A program made the translations under genes and the position numbers. The notes under the pieces are model-generated. The model made no database searches. It was not told where the DNA came from and was given only the letters and a program-made list of their open reading frames with translations. From an uncultured virus (IMG/VR IMGVR_UViG_3300027659_000012) (lineage: Duplodnaviria; Heunggongvirae; Uroviricota; Caudoviricetes), in IMG/VR virus record IMGVR_UViG_3300027659_000012: DNA of 64,000 nucleotides, one strand, 5' to 3'. Below are positions 17,937 to 28,204 of the stretch, piece after piece (the first letter of the stretch is position 1; each line of letters begins with the position of its first letter).

Positions 17937-18772
17937 TATGGTTTTTTGACGAGATTCTTATAGAGTCCGCCTGGTCCAGCAAGTTTATTGCCTGCAGGAC
18001 GGTATTTACCTAATTTATATTTGTTGTTGTATTCATCTTGGCTCATTGCGCCATGAAGAACTTTCTGAAAATCAAACTTTTGTCCGGGTGTTTGTGCTTC
18101 TTCAAGATCATCTTCCTCGCTTTCGACACCTTCTTTTTTGACTGGAGATGATAGCATTTTAGCAATGAAAGGAGAACCGGCATTGGTCTTATATTGACCT
18201 AACTTCCATTTCTTATTGTAATCATCCCGCTTCATTGCACCTGCCATGACTCGATCGAAGTCACTATTTTTGGCTCTCTCTTGTTCCGGAGAAAGATTCG
18301 ATGCTTCTTCGAGAGTTTCTTCTTCGCCTTCGGTACCTTCCATCACGTAGATGTAGTCGATGCCTTTTGATTTGGCCCATTCACGAGCTTTTTGTTTGGC
18401 ATCGGCATATGAACCGTTGAAGCTAAACTCTTGTCCTTTGTCTCCGCCTTTTGACGAGCTGCTGAAGAACCATCCGCCTCGCCCTTTAGGCTGCTTAGAA
18501 TGTGAACGAACATAACGCTCAGAAGAAACCCGAACTGCTTCGTCCAGTTCTTCTTCCTCTTCTGGAAGATTCTTCGTGACATCTGGATTGAGCATCTCTT
18601 TCTTTGACTGAGCACCCTCTTTAACTTGATTGAAAACGTCCGAGGCCATAGCAACACGGCGAATATCCAAGACGGTACTGACCTTATCATTGATGGCCGC
18701 AGTAAACTCGGAACGAGCCGCTTGAGCATCACCATTCATGATGGCGTCAATTAGTTTCATATTATTACTCAT
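17936..18772 (-). CDS. gp67-like prohead core protein extended by basic modules
   Basis: N-terminal LIDAIMNGD...F...INDKV helix; position between gp20 and gp21; L[D/E]EA-delimited modules. Confidence 0.65.
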   Translation of the reverse strand: MSNNMKLIDAIMNGDAQAARSEFTAAINDKVSTVLDIRRVAMASDVFNQVKEGAQSKKEMLNPDVTKNLPEEEEELDEAVRVSSERYVRSHSKQPKGRGGWFFSSSSKGGDKGQEFSFNGSYADAKQKAREWAKSKGIDYIYVMEGTEGEEETLEEASNLSPEQERAKNSDFDRVMAGAMKRDDYNKKWKLGQYKTNAGSPFIAKMLSSPVKKEGVESEEDDLEEAQTPGQKFDFQKVLHGAMSQDEYNNKYKLGKYRPAGNKLAGPGGLYKNLVKKP

Positions 18773-18798
18773 AAATTCTATTTATACTTTTTTAAGTT

Positions 18799-20355
18799 TT
18801 ACTCTGTTGGTGGTTGCTCTTCTCCGGAATCTTCAGGAGCAGCTTCACCATCTTCTGGAGCAGCTTCTTCTTCAGGAGGTTTTTCCTTTGCGATCTCGGC
18901 ATCAATACGCTCAATATCTTGATCTGATTGACGAAGAATATTATGACGAATCCAAGTCTCGGAATAGTATTTGCCGACGTATGATTCGAGACTATTAAGC
19001 ATATTTAGCCGCTCATTGAGGATTTCAAACTCCTTGAGTTCGCTAAAATAGTTGTCCTCGGAATAGTCGATCGTGATATTTTCCTTGATCATATCCCAAT
19101 CATCCTCGGTAATGATGCCCTTGAGCAGCAGCTGAACGCGCAGCATATCAATAAAGAGGTAAGAGAACTTCTTACGAAGACGAGCAATAAACTTATGGAA
19201 TTTGACCTCATCGCGAGAGATTTCCGAGGCGCGACCCATATTGAATCCTGTATCGGCAACCAAGCGAGTGATAGGAACGTTAAGCGAGCGATAGAGTTTT
19301 TCCTGGAAGTACTTGACGTCATCCATCTGGCCAAGGTTTTCACCGCCAGGAAGCGTAGTAATCTCTGTGCCTCTACCGCCTTCACGACGTGGCAACCAGA
19401 AATCCTCGAGCATCGACATCGCCTTACGATCATCCCGAATATCACCGGTATTGGCATCATAGACAAGTTTGTTACGATACTTCGACATGATCGACTGGAC
19501 ATACTCCTCAGCTTTACCCTTCGGAAGGTTACCGGTATCGATATAGAAGATACGACGTTCAGGTGCGCGAGAAATACGATAGATGACTAATGAGTCTTCC
19601 ATCATACGAAGCTGATTGATAAGCTTTAAAGATTTGTGAAGATTGGATACGACACATTTGCCGGTTTCATCCACCATTCCAGATGGAACATAGACTACAG
19701 CATTGGTATCGATCTTGAGCTGAGAACCACCACCGGCATTGTTGAGACCGACACTATCGCCGAAGACGAAGTACTCACCCTTCGTTTCGATCATCTTGAT
19801 ACCAGTATTCTTATCAAACTTAGAGGCCACTTCGCGCACCTTCTTGATCTTTGTCGGATCGATATAACGAACTTCCTTGATGCCATCCTTTGCTTTTTTA
19901 GGATCGATGATTACGTGGTAGTAAAGTCTGCCATCGATATACCATCTACGAAAGATCTCGGTGCCATCGCGATTAAATTGTAAAAGTTGAACGATCTTCT
20001 CGAATTCATTGGTGATCTTCTTCTTGATAGAATCAGGATATTCGAGGTCGTCTAAAACTAGACTGACTGGTGTGCTATTTTCGTCAGAGACGATCGCTGC
20101 ATCTGCGATATCTGAAATGGCCGCATCGCACTCGGGAAGTGTGGCAGCATTGCGATACTTGATAATGATATCGCGCTCATTGACAATGGCCGTGCCATCG
20201 ATGTCAACGAATTGACCGAAATAGCCAGAAGCCGCGTTGACCAAAGAAGTACCTTCCTTATCGGTAGGAGGCACAAATGATACGACATCTTCGTCCTTAC
20301 CGGCGATAACCTTTGCGCCGATCTTCTTGCTAATTTCGAATCCAAATAATTGCAT
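18799..20355 (-). CDS. gp20: Portal vertex protein
   Basis: IYRISRAPERRIFYIDTGNLP, EDFWLPRREGGRGTEI. Confidence 0.98.
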   Translation of the reverse strand: MQLFGFEISKKIGAKVIAGKDEDVVSFVPPTDKEGTSLVNAASGYFGQFVDIDGTAIVNERDIIIKYRNAATLPECDAAISDIADAAIVSDENSTPVSLVLDDLEYPDSIKKKITNEFEKIVQLLQFNRDGTEIFRRWYIDGRLYYHVIIDPKKAKDGIKEVRYIDPTKIKKVREVASKFDKNTGIKMIETKGEYFVFGDSVGLNNAGGGSQLKIDTNAVVYVPSGMVDETGKCVVSNLHKSLKLINQLRMMEDSLVIYRISRAPERRIFYIDTGNLPKGKAEEYVQSIMSKYRNKLVYDANTGDIRDDRKAMSMLEDFWLPRREGGRGTEITTLPGGENLGQMDDVKYFQEKLYRSLNVPITRLVADTGFNMGRASEISRDEVKFHKFIARLRKKFSYLFIDMLRVQLLLKGIITEDDWDMIKENITIDYSEDNYFSELKEFEILNERLNMLNSLESYVGKYYSETWIRHNILRQSDQDIERIDAEIAKEKPPEEEAAPEDGEAAPEDSGEEQPPTE

Positions 20356-20364
20356 AAAAGTATA

Positions 20365-20405
20365 TATACGCCGTTACCACGGATAGAACATGGTAACGGC
20401 GTATA
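20365..20405. terminator. 15-bp perfect hairpin between gp19 and gp20, overlapping the gp20 late promoter
   Basis: tatacgccgttacca / tggtaacggcgtata. Confidence 0.6.
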
Positions 20406-20421
20406 GGGGTGTAATTAAGTA

Positions 20422-20946
20422 TTACGTGGTTGTTGCTGATTCCCAGTATTGGTAATTGAGTTCAACAGTGAAATCTTCGATAGCATCGTTGGTTTCATAG
20501 TTAAGTTCAATAGCCGACACATTGGTTGGGAATGCACCGCGAATGTTGTAAGTCTTGGTGACTTCACCTGCACGGTTAAGTTGCTCCACAGTCATATCAG
20601 TTTGATACAATGTTGGTGAAGATAAACCCGTATTCGTGACGTGCGAATTGATTCCGTTCATCCAACGCTCGAAAGCATTGCGAATATCCATTGCGGTGTC
20701 ATTGATGATCGTGATTGTCCAAGGTTCAAACGTACGATCACCTGCGATCTTAAGTTTTCTACCACGGAATGCAACCTCGATAGGTGCAACCACACTGGCC
20801 GGAAGAGTGGCACCCTTAATCATGAAGGATGCTAATTCACTGTTTCCACCTGCAAATGTTGGAAAGTTACATGTAACTTTGAAGAGGTTAGCGCGAGCGC
20901 CGCCTCCAATTAATTTTGACTTAAAGTCATCTACTCCTAAAGACAT
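20422..20946 (-). CDS. gp19: Tail tube protein
   Basis: GGARANLF, FRGRKLKIAGDRTFEPWTIT. Confidence 0.96.
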   Translation of the reverse strand: MSLGVDDFKSKLIGGGARANLFKVTCNFPTFAGGNSELASFMIKGATLPASVVAPIEVAFRGRKLKIAGDRTFEPWTITIINDTAMDIRNAFERWMNGINSHVTNTGLSSPTLYQTDMTVEQLNRAGEVTKTYNIRGAFPTNVSAIELNYETNDAIEDFTVELNYQYWESATTT

Positions 20947-20972
20947 ATGTTTATTTATATTGAGTGTTTAAA

Positions 20973-23183
20973 TTATTTTCCAACGATTTCATTGAATTCA
21001 ACTCCGGTACGTGTAGCAATAAAGTTAAGCGTAATGAAGTTGATCGAACGAGCAGGCTTGATGTAGATATCGGCAACGAAACGATTCGCATCGATGACTT
21101 CACCTGTATTGTTAGTAGTATCACAAACGACTAAGAAATCGGTGATACCACGACGACCTTTGACGTCACGCAAGAACGGCTCGACCATGTTTCTGAACAT
21201 CGCGCGAGTGAATTCATCATTGAGTTCAAACAGTTGATATTTAGCAGCAGTGGCAACAGCTTTTTCCAGAGCAATGAACAGGCGGCGAACGTTGATGCGA
21301 TCGAATGCACTTGCCTTAGCTTGACCAGTTTTATCTCCATAAAGGAGAGTACCTTGACCAGGGAAAGTAACGATAGGATTGATACGTGCCTTGTAAAGAT
21401 CATCACGATCGGCTTGCTTAGGATTATAAGCGATCTTGGTTGTGCCAAGAAGCTGACCACGATTGAAACCGGCAGGTGAGAACCATGTATCGGTGACTTT
21501 ATCCGTATAAGCGCAAAGACCGGCCATGTGACCAGCCGAAGAGATCCAGAGATAACTATCAGTGTACTTATCGTACGTATAGACCGGAGTCGAATCAAAC
21601 ACTAGATAGCTCGAAGAAGTAACATTGTTGAACTTGTTCAACACATATGTTTTCTTATCTGCATCCGTACGAAGTGTACCGAGGTCAAGAGGAGCTGAGA
21701 TAAATCCGACACAATCTTTACGAGCGGTAACAATTTCGATGACCTTATTATCGACATTTTGTGCTTGGCTGCCGATATATGTCGAAGAAGCCTGCTTGAA
21801 TGTTTCTGCAAACACCAAGTTAACATCGATCAAATCTGCATCTGCAAAATACTCAAGAGCCGCAACAATTTCGGAATCATCTGCGGTTCCTGATGTACCA
21901 TTAGTAAGGACACAGTTTTTATATGCTGGAGCCGTTGATGATCCGGTAAACGCATATGTTTGAGTGGTTGCCACTTGATTCACCTTGATCTGAGAAACAC
22001 GATGTTCATCGATCGAGACTGGAATCAATATAACCTCAGTATTTTGTGCGAAGATCGTAATTAAGGTTGATTCGGCATATTCTGTATTTAAATGCGTTGA
22101 TAACTCAGTCTTGATATTCAACAATGTTGCCAAACTACCAAAATTGATATTAACGTTTAAATATCCATTTTCAATATCGACAGGTGTCGATGTGACCACC
22201 ACGACATTGTCTGCATTGCCGCTCTTGACAAGAGTGAGAGTCGTATTTTCGCCTAATAAAGGATTTTCAAAATTCGTAACGAAACTAATTTCTGGGAAAG
22301 TAGCGACGTGTTCGGAAATTGCGATATCATCGGTTGGCCAAACTTCAAAGATACTAGTGTCTAACGAACCAGGGACTTGTGCTGATGCATATGTGGCAAA
22401 TCCTGAACCGGAAGTAACGGAGAATTGTTCATCAGAGGCAGTAGTGATTTCTTCATCGGCACCATTAAAGAGCGAATCAAGCGAACCGGAATAGATGTAT
22501 GCCGAGGTCGTGTTGATCACGTCTTTATAATAGATACTTGATCCATCTGCTGATTTAGCATTTGAGGCAAGTGAAAGGTTGCCGAATGATTCGAGCACCG
22601 AACCAACGACACCGGTAAATTTACCATTTTTGTCGATGACCAATACGTGAATTTCATCATGGCCTGCAACAGCATCGCCGTTAATATCGCCAGTTAGGTT
22701 GACATTAAATTCAGAATCTCCTGAGGGAGCGTCGAATGAACTGACGAATGCTGAGTTAGCATATCCATCGAATTCACCATAACCGATTTGCACTTCGATA
22801 CTGTTACCGATATCTCCTGGATATCTGGCCGTAAACGTAGCGGTAACGGTAGTTGCTTCGTATTCTTCGAGGTTCGAGATAGGCTGAGCAGCGATAGTTC
22901 CAAATGCTGCGTTGCGTGAAGCGGCTGGAATAGCACGAGACACGCGAAGAGTATTCGAATATTTTAAAAAGCTTGCTGCTGTAAAGAATGATTGCGCAGA
23001 GTCAGGGGTAGGTTTACCGTAGACAGTGGCAAGATCTTTTTCTGATCCGACAGTAACGACTTGGTTACCTGGACCCCAGTTGAAATGTCCAGCAAATGCG
23101 CCGATAGACGTCGACAATGCCGGAATTACGTTTGTTAAGTCGATTTCTTTTACCTCGACTCCGGGTGAAACTAAAAATCCCAT
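20973..23183 (-). CDS. gp18: Tail sheath protein
   Basis: SPGVEVKEID, WFSPAGFNRG, FDRINVRRLF. Confidence 0.97.
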   Translation of the reverse strand: MGFLVSPGVEVKEIDLTNVIPALSTSIGAFAGHFNWGPGNQVVTVGSEKDLATVYGKPTPDSAQSFFTAASFLKYSNTLRVSRAIPAASRNAAFGTIAAQPISNLEEYEATTVTATFTARYPGDIGNSIEVQIGYGEFDGYANSAFVSSFDAPSGDSEFNVNLTGDINGDAVAGHDEIHVLVIDKNGKFTGVVGSVLESFGNLSLASNAKSADGSSIYYKDVINTTSAYIYSGSLDSLFNGADEEITTASDEQFSVTSGSGFATYASAQVPGSLDTSIFEVWPTDDIAISEHVATFPEISFVTNFENPLLGENTTLTLVKSGNADNVVVVTSTPVDIENGYLNVNINFGSLATLLNIKTELSTHLNTEYAESTLITIFAQNTEVILIPVSIDEHRVSQIKVNQVATTQTYAFTGSSTAPAYKNCVLTNGTSGTADDSEIVAALEYFADADLIDVNLVFAETFKQASSTYIGSQAQNVDNKVIEIVTARKDCVGFISAPLDLGTLRTDADKKTYVLNKFNNVTSSSYLVFDSTPVYTYDKYTDSYLWISSAGHMAGLCAYTDKVTDTWFSPAGFNRGQLLGTTKIAYNPKQADRDDLYKARINPIVTFPGQGTLLYGDKTGQAKASAFDRINVRRLFIALEKAVATAAKYQLFELNDEFTRAMFRNMVEPFLRDVKGRRGITDFLVVCDTTNNTGEVIDANRFVADIYIKPARSINFITLNFIATRTGVEFNEIVGK

Positions 23184-23282
23184 ATAGTTATTCTTTCTTT
23201 TTCAGTGGTTATTGGTTAATGATAAGTGATCTAGCATAATAAGGTGTGTTCAATCGAAAGGTATTTATAGTTTTTGACACTT

Positions 23283-24872
23283 CTAGAACGTACCCCATTC
23301 TTGCTGGGCTTTAACTAGAGCCTCGTATTCAGGATTTATATCGATGTGGGAGTTGCCAAACACTCCAAATAGTGGTACATCCTCCTCCATCTCCTTCATT
23401 CTCTCAGAATAGAGCAGTTGTTTTAAGTCAATCGTAGATATATCGCCGAATGCCTCGGAGGATACGAACCAGGAGAAAAGAACCAGATTCATTACCATAT
23501 CGTCATGAGTGCTATTTGATGCCTGGAAAGAGTCTCCCCTATGTTCGAAAGAGCTCAATTCATGAATCGTATTTAGATCGTGCAACACTAATTTACCCGA
23601 TTCGATCAAATCCTTTAGGTTAGAACATCCGATACGCTTAACCTTCTTTGTCATGGTAACACCCACTCCACCAGCCTTGACTGTGGATTCAACGAAGGTA
23701 TTCTCATATTCGTATTCATGATACACTGCATTGCAAACCACCTGACCCGCATCATTGCTCTCTATCACAATCATCGCCTTATTGTATACCTTGGCGACTC
23801 GGACGATCACATCCGGAAACAATAGCGGAGAGATTAAATTATCTCGAAACGTAGCGACCTGTTCAAAAGGCATACTCGAGACGTCGACTACGGTGAAAGT
23901 AGAATAGTCCTGACCACGTCCTCGTGATACGTCGACCATCATCACGTAATTATGAGCTTCTTTCGGCTCTACATAATAACTCACATCTCGATGCATCTTG
24001 ACCGGTTCACGCGCCTGAAGACCTAGGAGTTTATCCGAGGCGATCAATGTATTTGAGGAGCCGACGAACGAATTGCCGAACTCCTGAGAAAACTGAAGCT
24101 CAGAGGTGTTGGCGACAGTCTGTCTACGCCATTCTTCACCTCGACCCGGTACGTCCCACCAGTCCACTCGAAATGGTTTGTATTCGTTGGAAGATTGAAC
24201 TGCACCTTCCCAGAGCCGATAGAAAAGATTGCCTACTCCGTTTGCAGTAGACGTAATGATCACCTTAGTGCTGTGACCAGATGAAATGACCGGATAGGTC
24301 GAGGTATAGAACTCATTCGGGTTTTCCACGAAGGCAAACTCGTCCAAGAACAAAAGGTTGACCGACATACCCCGAATCGACGATGCCGAGGTGGCCGCAG
24401 CGATGATCTTGGAATTGTTCGAGAAGACGATTGTTCCTTTGTTGAATACCTTGCATCCTGGCTGCAGGAAGAATGGGAGGTTCTCAATAGCCAGTGCGAT
24501 ACGAGATAACATCTCTCGGGCGGTGGCTCCTTTGTTGGCCAGGATAGCAATGACCTTTTCCGAATGGAATATCGCATACCAAAGAAGATAGACGATCGAA
24601 GAGATAGATTTGCCAGACTGTCGACATGCCAAGACGATCGAGAATCGATGATCATTGAAGTGAGAGAACATCTCTTCCTGATAAGGATACAGATCGAAAG
24701 GCACCAGACCTTTGTTGAGGTTGATCACCTTGATATATGTCCGGGCAAAATATGCCGGATCCTTCATACATCTCTGGTATTCCTTAATCTCGTGAGCAGT
24801 GAAGTTCTGTTGAACCCCATCACTCTTCACGTATGGATTCCCGTTATAACTTTTTGGTGGTTCTTCACTCAT
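23283..24872 (-). CDS. gp17: Terminase large subunit
   Basis: RQSGKS, LDEFAF, HDDMVM; start at MSEEP overlapping gp16. Confidence 0.97.
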   Translation of the reverse strand: MSEEPPKSYNGNPYVKSDGVQQNFTAHEIKEYQRCMKDPAYFARTYIKVINLNKGLVPFDLYPYQEEMFSHFNDHRFSIVLACRQSGKSISSIVYLLWYAIFHSEKVIAILANKGATAREMLSRIALAIENLPFFLQPGCKVFNKGTIVFSNNSKIIAAATSASSIRGMSVNLLFLDEFAFVENPNEFYTSTYPVISSGHSTKVIITSTANGVGNLFYRLWEGAVQSSNEYKPFRVDWWDVPGRGEEWRRQTVANTSELQFSQEFGNSFVGSSNTLIASDKLLGLQAREPVKMHRDVSYYVEPKEAHNYVMMVDVSRGRGQDYSTFTVVDVSSMPFEQVATFRDNLISPLLFPDVIVRVAKVYNKAMIVIESNDAGQVVCNAVYHEYEYENTFVESTVKAGGVGVTMTKKVKRIGCSNLKDLIESGKLVLHDLNTIHELSSFEHRGDSFQASNSTHDDMVMNLVLFSWFVSSEAFGDISTIDLKQLLYSERMKEMEEDVPLFGVFGNSHIDINPEYEALVKAQQEWGTF

Positions 24873-25329
24873 CTTCAACATCAATCGTTTTCTGGGCACT
24901 CAGAAATTTCTGGAGCTCAGTAGTGGTACCAACGAAGATTGCGTTATTCGTCGTGGATGTACCACTTACAGATTGATTTATATTCTTTTTAGCAACGGTT
25001 TCGTGCATCTTCTTACGATCTCGCTGGAGCGTCATGAGTTGCTGATTCATATCTGCAGCTGTCTTGAACATATTCGACAAGACCTCAAATGCACGCGGAT
25101 GTTCTGAATCCGTAGCGAGTGCCAACATCGAAGATATCGCCTCGTCTGAGGTATCGATCAACTTCTTGATACGCTGCCGGGAGAAATCATAGTCTTCCTC
25201 AGTATCAGCATCAATTTTCGTCTGATAGTCCGTTACGGATATTCCAGCAGCCAATTCAGAGCTTTGCGTCTCTGGAATGTTCTGTGACAATGACGCCAGT
25301 ATGCTTTCTTTGTCCTTCTTCATAATCAA
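24865..25329 (-). CDS. gp16: Terminase small subunit
   Basis: HPRAFEV, FVGTTTELQKFL. Confidence 0.93.
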   Translation of the reverse strand: MIMKKDKESILASLSQNIPETQSSELAAGISVTDYQTKIDADTEEDYDFSRQRIKKLIDTSDEAISSMLALATDSEHPRAFEVLSNMFKTAADMNQQLMTLQRDRKKMHETVAKKNINQSVSGTSTTNNAIFVGTTTELQKFLSAQKTIDVEDE

Positions 25330-26099
25330 TCAAATCCAAACGTAGTAACTACTGTATAGTCATTTGGGGTGTCATTTTCTAAATCGCCGAGTTGTACATT
25401 CACCTTATCGATAGGCTCGCTGATACCGACATTCATATCTCCATGAGTATTGGCATCCACAATTTTAATGATTGGGCGAACGCCGCCCGTTGTATCTCCG
25501 ATGAATCTTACTTTGACGTTAAAGTCAAGTGTATAGATCAATACACGCCGAGTAGAGGCAAAATCACCATCATAGTTATCCTCAAAATTAGTAGCGTTTA
25601 AGATGATCGGCACATCGGTTAATGTTCCTGGACCTTCTAGATCTTTGACAGTAATGGTATATTCCGGAGTGAATGTCGGCACAATCTGTTCAAAGATCTG
25701 CAACGCATCATCCTGAGAACGAGCCATGATGCTCAACTGCATTCCAATTATATAAGGAACGCTCTGATAAACTCTAGTCGTATGATCAGTATCTCCGTCG
25801 ATCGCAAACTTTTGATGATTAAGTTTATTTAATTTTGAGGCCGAATCATATGCGATCGATGTCATCTCGAACGACATACGCGGAAGCTTGATCGCAATAT
25901 CGGTAGGATATTCAAGAGATTCATTGGTTCTGATCCGCATCAAAAAATGTTCCTTCGGACCATATGCCAGAGGAACTCTATGAATGTTCATCAACTTTCC
26001 GGAAACACTCTTGCCGACATAGATGTTGTTGAACAACGTACCGAATACCGATACGATCTTCTTGATTGTGCCATTGTAATAGTGCGATCCGTTTAACAT
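25326..26099 (-). CDS. gp15: Tail sheath stabiliser/completion protein
   Basis: FGTLFNNI, VPLAYGPK, LPRMSFE. Confidence 0.93.
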   Translation of the reverse strand: MLNGSHYYNGTIKKIVSVFGTLFNNIYVGKSVSGKLMNIHRVPLAYGPKEHFLMRIRTNESLEYPTDIAIKLPRMSFEMTSIAYDSASKLNKLNHQKFAIDGDTDHTTRVYQSVPYIIGMQLSIMARSQDDALQIFEQIVPTFTPEYTITVKDLEGPGTLTDVPIILNATNFEDNYDGDFASTRRVLIYTLDFNVKVRFIGDTTGGVRPIIKIVDANTHGDMNVGISEPIDKVNVQLGDLENDTPNDYTVVTTFGFD

Positions 26100-26101
26100 A
26101 A

Positions 26102-27016
26102 TTATGCGTCGTTTGGTTCTCCGAATGGGTTAGACTCGCTGAAATCGATGAATGAATTGCCTACATCCTCGAACGGATTGTTCTGAGCGTTTGGATCGTT
26201 GTTGTATGCGTCTTCACTCGTATCGCTCAATTCAAAGAGTGATGTGATGGTCGAGACGACTCCAGATTTTTCACCGGTGAGTGTGGTACCGACTGTGAGT
26301 TGATGGAATTGACCGTCATCGAAATTAAGGGTAGCCAATCTTTCGACCAGAGTAGCACCATCACGCTTGTATTCAAGCAGTTCGGTATAGCCAGTGATCG
26401 CCGAGGGAAGCGTGATAATCAACTTCTCATTCAATAGATGAAGCTCACCTTCATCGAATTCAACCACTGCATTGATGAGCGTAGAGGAAGTACGCTGAAG
26501 CTTATCGACCTCATCGATACCAGTATTGATTTCTTGATTTCCGTATTCGAAGTTTTCGCATGTGAGTTTGAAGGTAGGAACATTCTTGACCTGGAAGAAT
26601 GGTTTCTTATCCTCAACATATCGAATTTCAAATAGACCTTTGGTCATCGGGATATAGATCAAGTCACCTTCTCTCGGACGTACGGATTCCTTGGTATAGC
26701 CTTTGTTGCCGATGAGTTGATTCCATCTGCGACGACTCACAACAAATGTGATCTGATCGCGAATCTCGAAGCCAAATTTAGAATAGAGTTTACCGTCGCC
26801 TTCGAGACCATCGATGGATTCGATATACATCTCGATCTTGAATGCCGACTCAAACTTACTCAGTGTGTCTTCATTGAGGATGGTGTCAATGCTGTAGTAT
26901 GCTCTAGGCAGATAAAAAATATCTGTACCATAGATCTGCATGGCCTCTATGATGAGGCCCTCGTACAGATCTTGCTCGGATTTTACTCCGTTGCTTATGT
27001 AAACATTTCTGGCCAT
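26102..27016 (-). CDS. gp14: Neck protein
   Basis: YLPR, SKFG, RPREGDLIY, DFSESNPFG. Confidence 0.93.
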   Translation of the reverse strand: MARNVYISNGVKSEQDLYEGLIIEAMQIYGTDIFYLPRAYYSIDTILNEDTLSKFESAFKIEMYIESIDGLEGDGKLYSKFGFEIRDQITFVVSRRRWNQLIGNKGYTKESVRPREGDLIYIPMTKGLFEIRYVEDKKPFFQVKNVPTFKLTCENFEYGNQEINTGIDEVDKLQRTSSTLINAVVEFDEGELHLLNEKLIITLPSAITGYTELLEYKRDGATLVERLATLNFDDGQFHQLTVGTTLTGEKSGVVSTITSLFELSDTSEDAYNNDPNAQNNPFEDVGNSFIDFSESNPFGEPNDA

Positions 27017-27031
27017 TAGTAAACCTATTTA

Positions 27032-27784
27032 TTATCCAACGTAAAAGTCGGTGGGCATTGCGAATCTCAATTCGAACTCGGTCTCGATCTTTTCGATCTC
27101 AACGTTAGCTTCATCATAGATCTTACCGCCGTTGATGGTGACTCCGCCTGGAAGCTGCATGCCCTCGAACTTGGAAAGGTTCTGACCCCATTGTCTCTTT
27201 AACAGAGCAGTGGTATACTTTTTCAGGATCATATCGTTATAGATCTTTGGATAGTCCGTCGGGCTAAGGGCGACGTATCCTTCCATGATTACTGTCTTTC
27301 CAGCCTGAAGTGAACTTTTCCAATCGACGGCGATCGATAATTGATTCTGATGACGAGAGAAGATGATCTGCTGAGACATGCCATTCAATTCCATCTCGAT
27401 CAGGTTCATGTACTGCTTGGTGATCTCGTAGTTGACGATCGAACCGGGATCGCGCAACGAATAGATGTCCGACATCATCATCTGATACTGGACCGAGAAC
27501 AGATCCGTTCCCATCATTGAGGAACCTTTTAACGGAAAAACTCGATTGACATAGATCAATTCATCGGGTAAAGTGATGTACTTGTTGATGATATCCTGAG
27601 GTGTCAGCACATGCTTCACAAACGTACGAACCAAGGCATCCGAATGATACGTCTGATAGAATTGAATCGCCTCGTCGACGCGATCATCGATCTGATCCTC
27701 ATCTAAATTAATCTCGAGAACCGGAGCTCCGAGTTTTCGGAGGCAATAGTCGATGAGTCCTTGTCGTGTAGTTGGTGATGCCAT
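27032..27784 (-). CDS. gp13: Neck protein / head-tail adaptor
   Basis: YCLRKLGAPV, QWGQNLSKFEG.QLPGGVTING. Confidence 0.94.
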   Translation of the reverse strand: MASPTTRQGLIDYCLRKLGAPVLEINLDEDQIDDRVDEAIQFYQTYHSDALVRTFVKHVLTPQDIINKYITLPDELIYVNRVFPLKGSSMMGTDLFSVQYQMMMSDIYSLRDPGSIVNYEITKQYMNLIEMELNGMSQQIIFSRHQNQLSIAVDWKSSLQAGKTVIMEGYVALSPTDYPKIYNDMILKKYTTALLKRQWGQNLSKFEGMQLPGGVTINGGKIYDEANVEIEKIETEFELRFAMPTDFYVG

Positions 27785-27822
27785 ACACGAGTATTTATAC
27801 CCTCAAAAGAATCGTGTACTTC

Positions 27823-28140
27823 TTATTTAAAGAAGTACTTACTGGCATCACGCTCAAACTTTTTACCAATAGCAACTAGACCTCCGATGATTTCCGGAGA
27901 AACCACACCGATGACGCCGTATGACATCGCTTTATACAAAGATGATATCGAAGTTTGCTCTAACAAAAACCAGGCAATTGTAGAGGCAATTGCCGCGATT
28001 AAAATCTTTTTAAACTGTTGTAAGAGATCAAGTTCCTTGTCGGTCGAGATAAGTCGAGCTAACATTCCAGCCGCACCTACCATCGGTATTAGCCACCCTC
28101 CATTTATAAATTCTTTGATGAGCGACTTTTCAGGTTCCAT
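27823..28140 (-). CDS. Small membrane protein, holin-like
   Basis: Three hydrophobic segments and basic C-terminus. Confidence 0.5.
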   Translation of the reverse strand: MEPEKSLIKEFINGGWLIPMVGAAGMLARLISTDKELDLLQQFKKILIAAIASTIAWFLLEQTSISSLYKAMSYGVIGVVSPEIIGGLVAIGKKFERDASKYFFK

Positions 28141-28204
28141 TGTATTAAAAGATAATAGTAGTATTGTTTAGAGATTTATACTATTTATCAAATCACACTT
28201 TCTA

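Noticed and set aside
12054..24872. Inteins in uvsW, gp20 or gp17
   Set aside because: Normal lengths and no intein splice motifs seen
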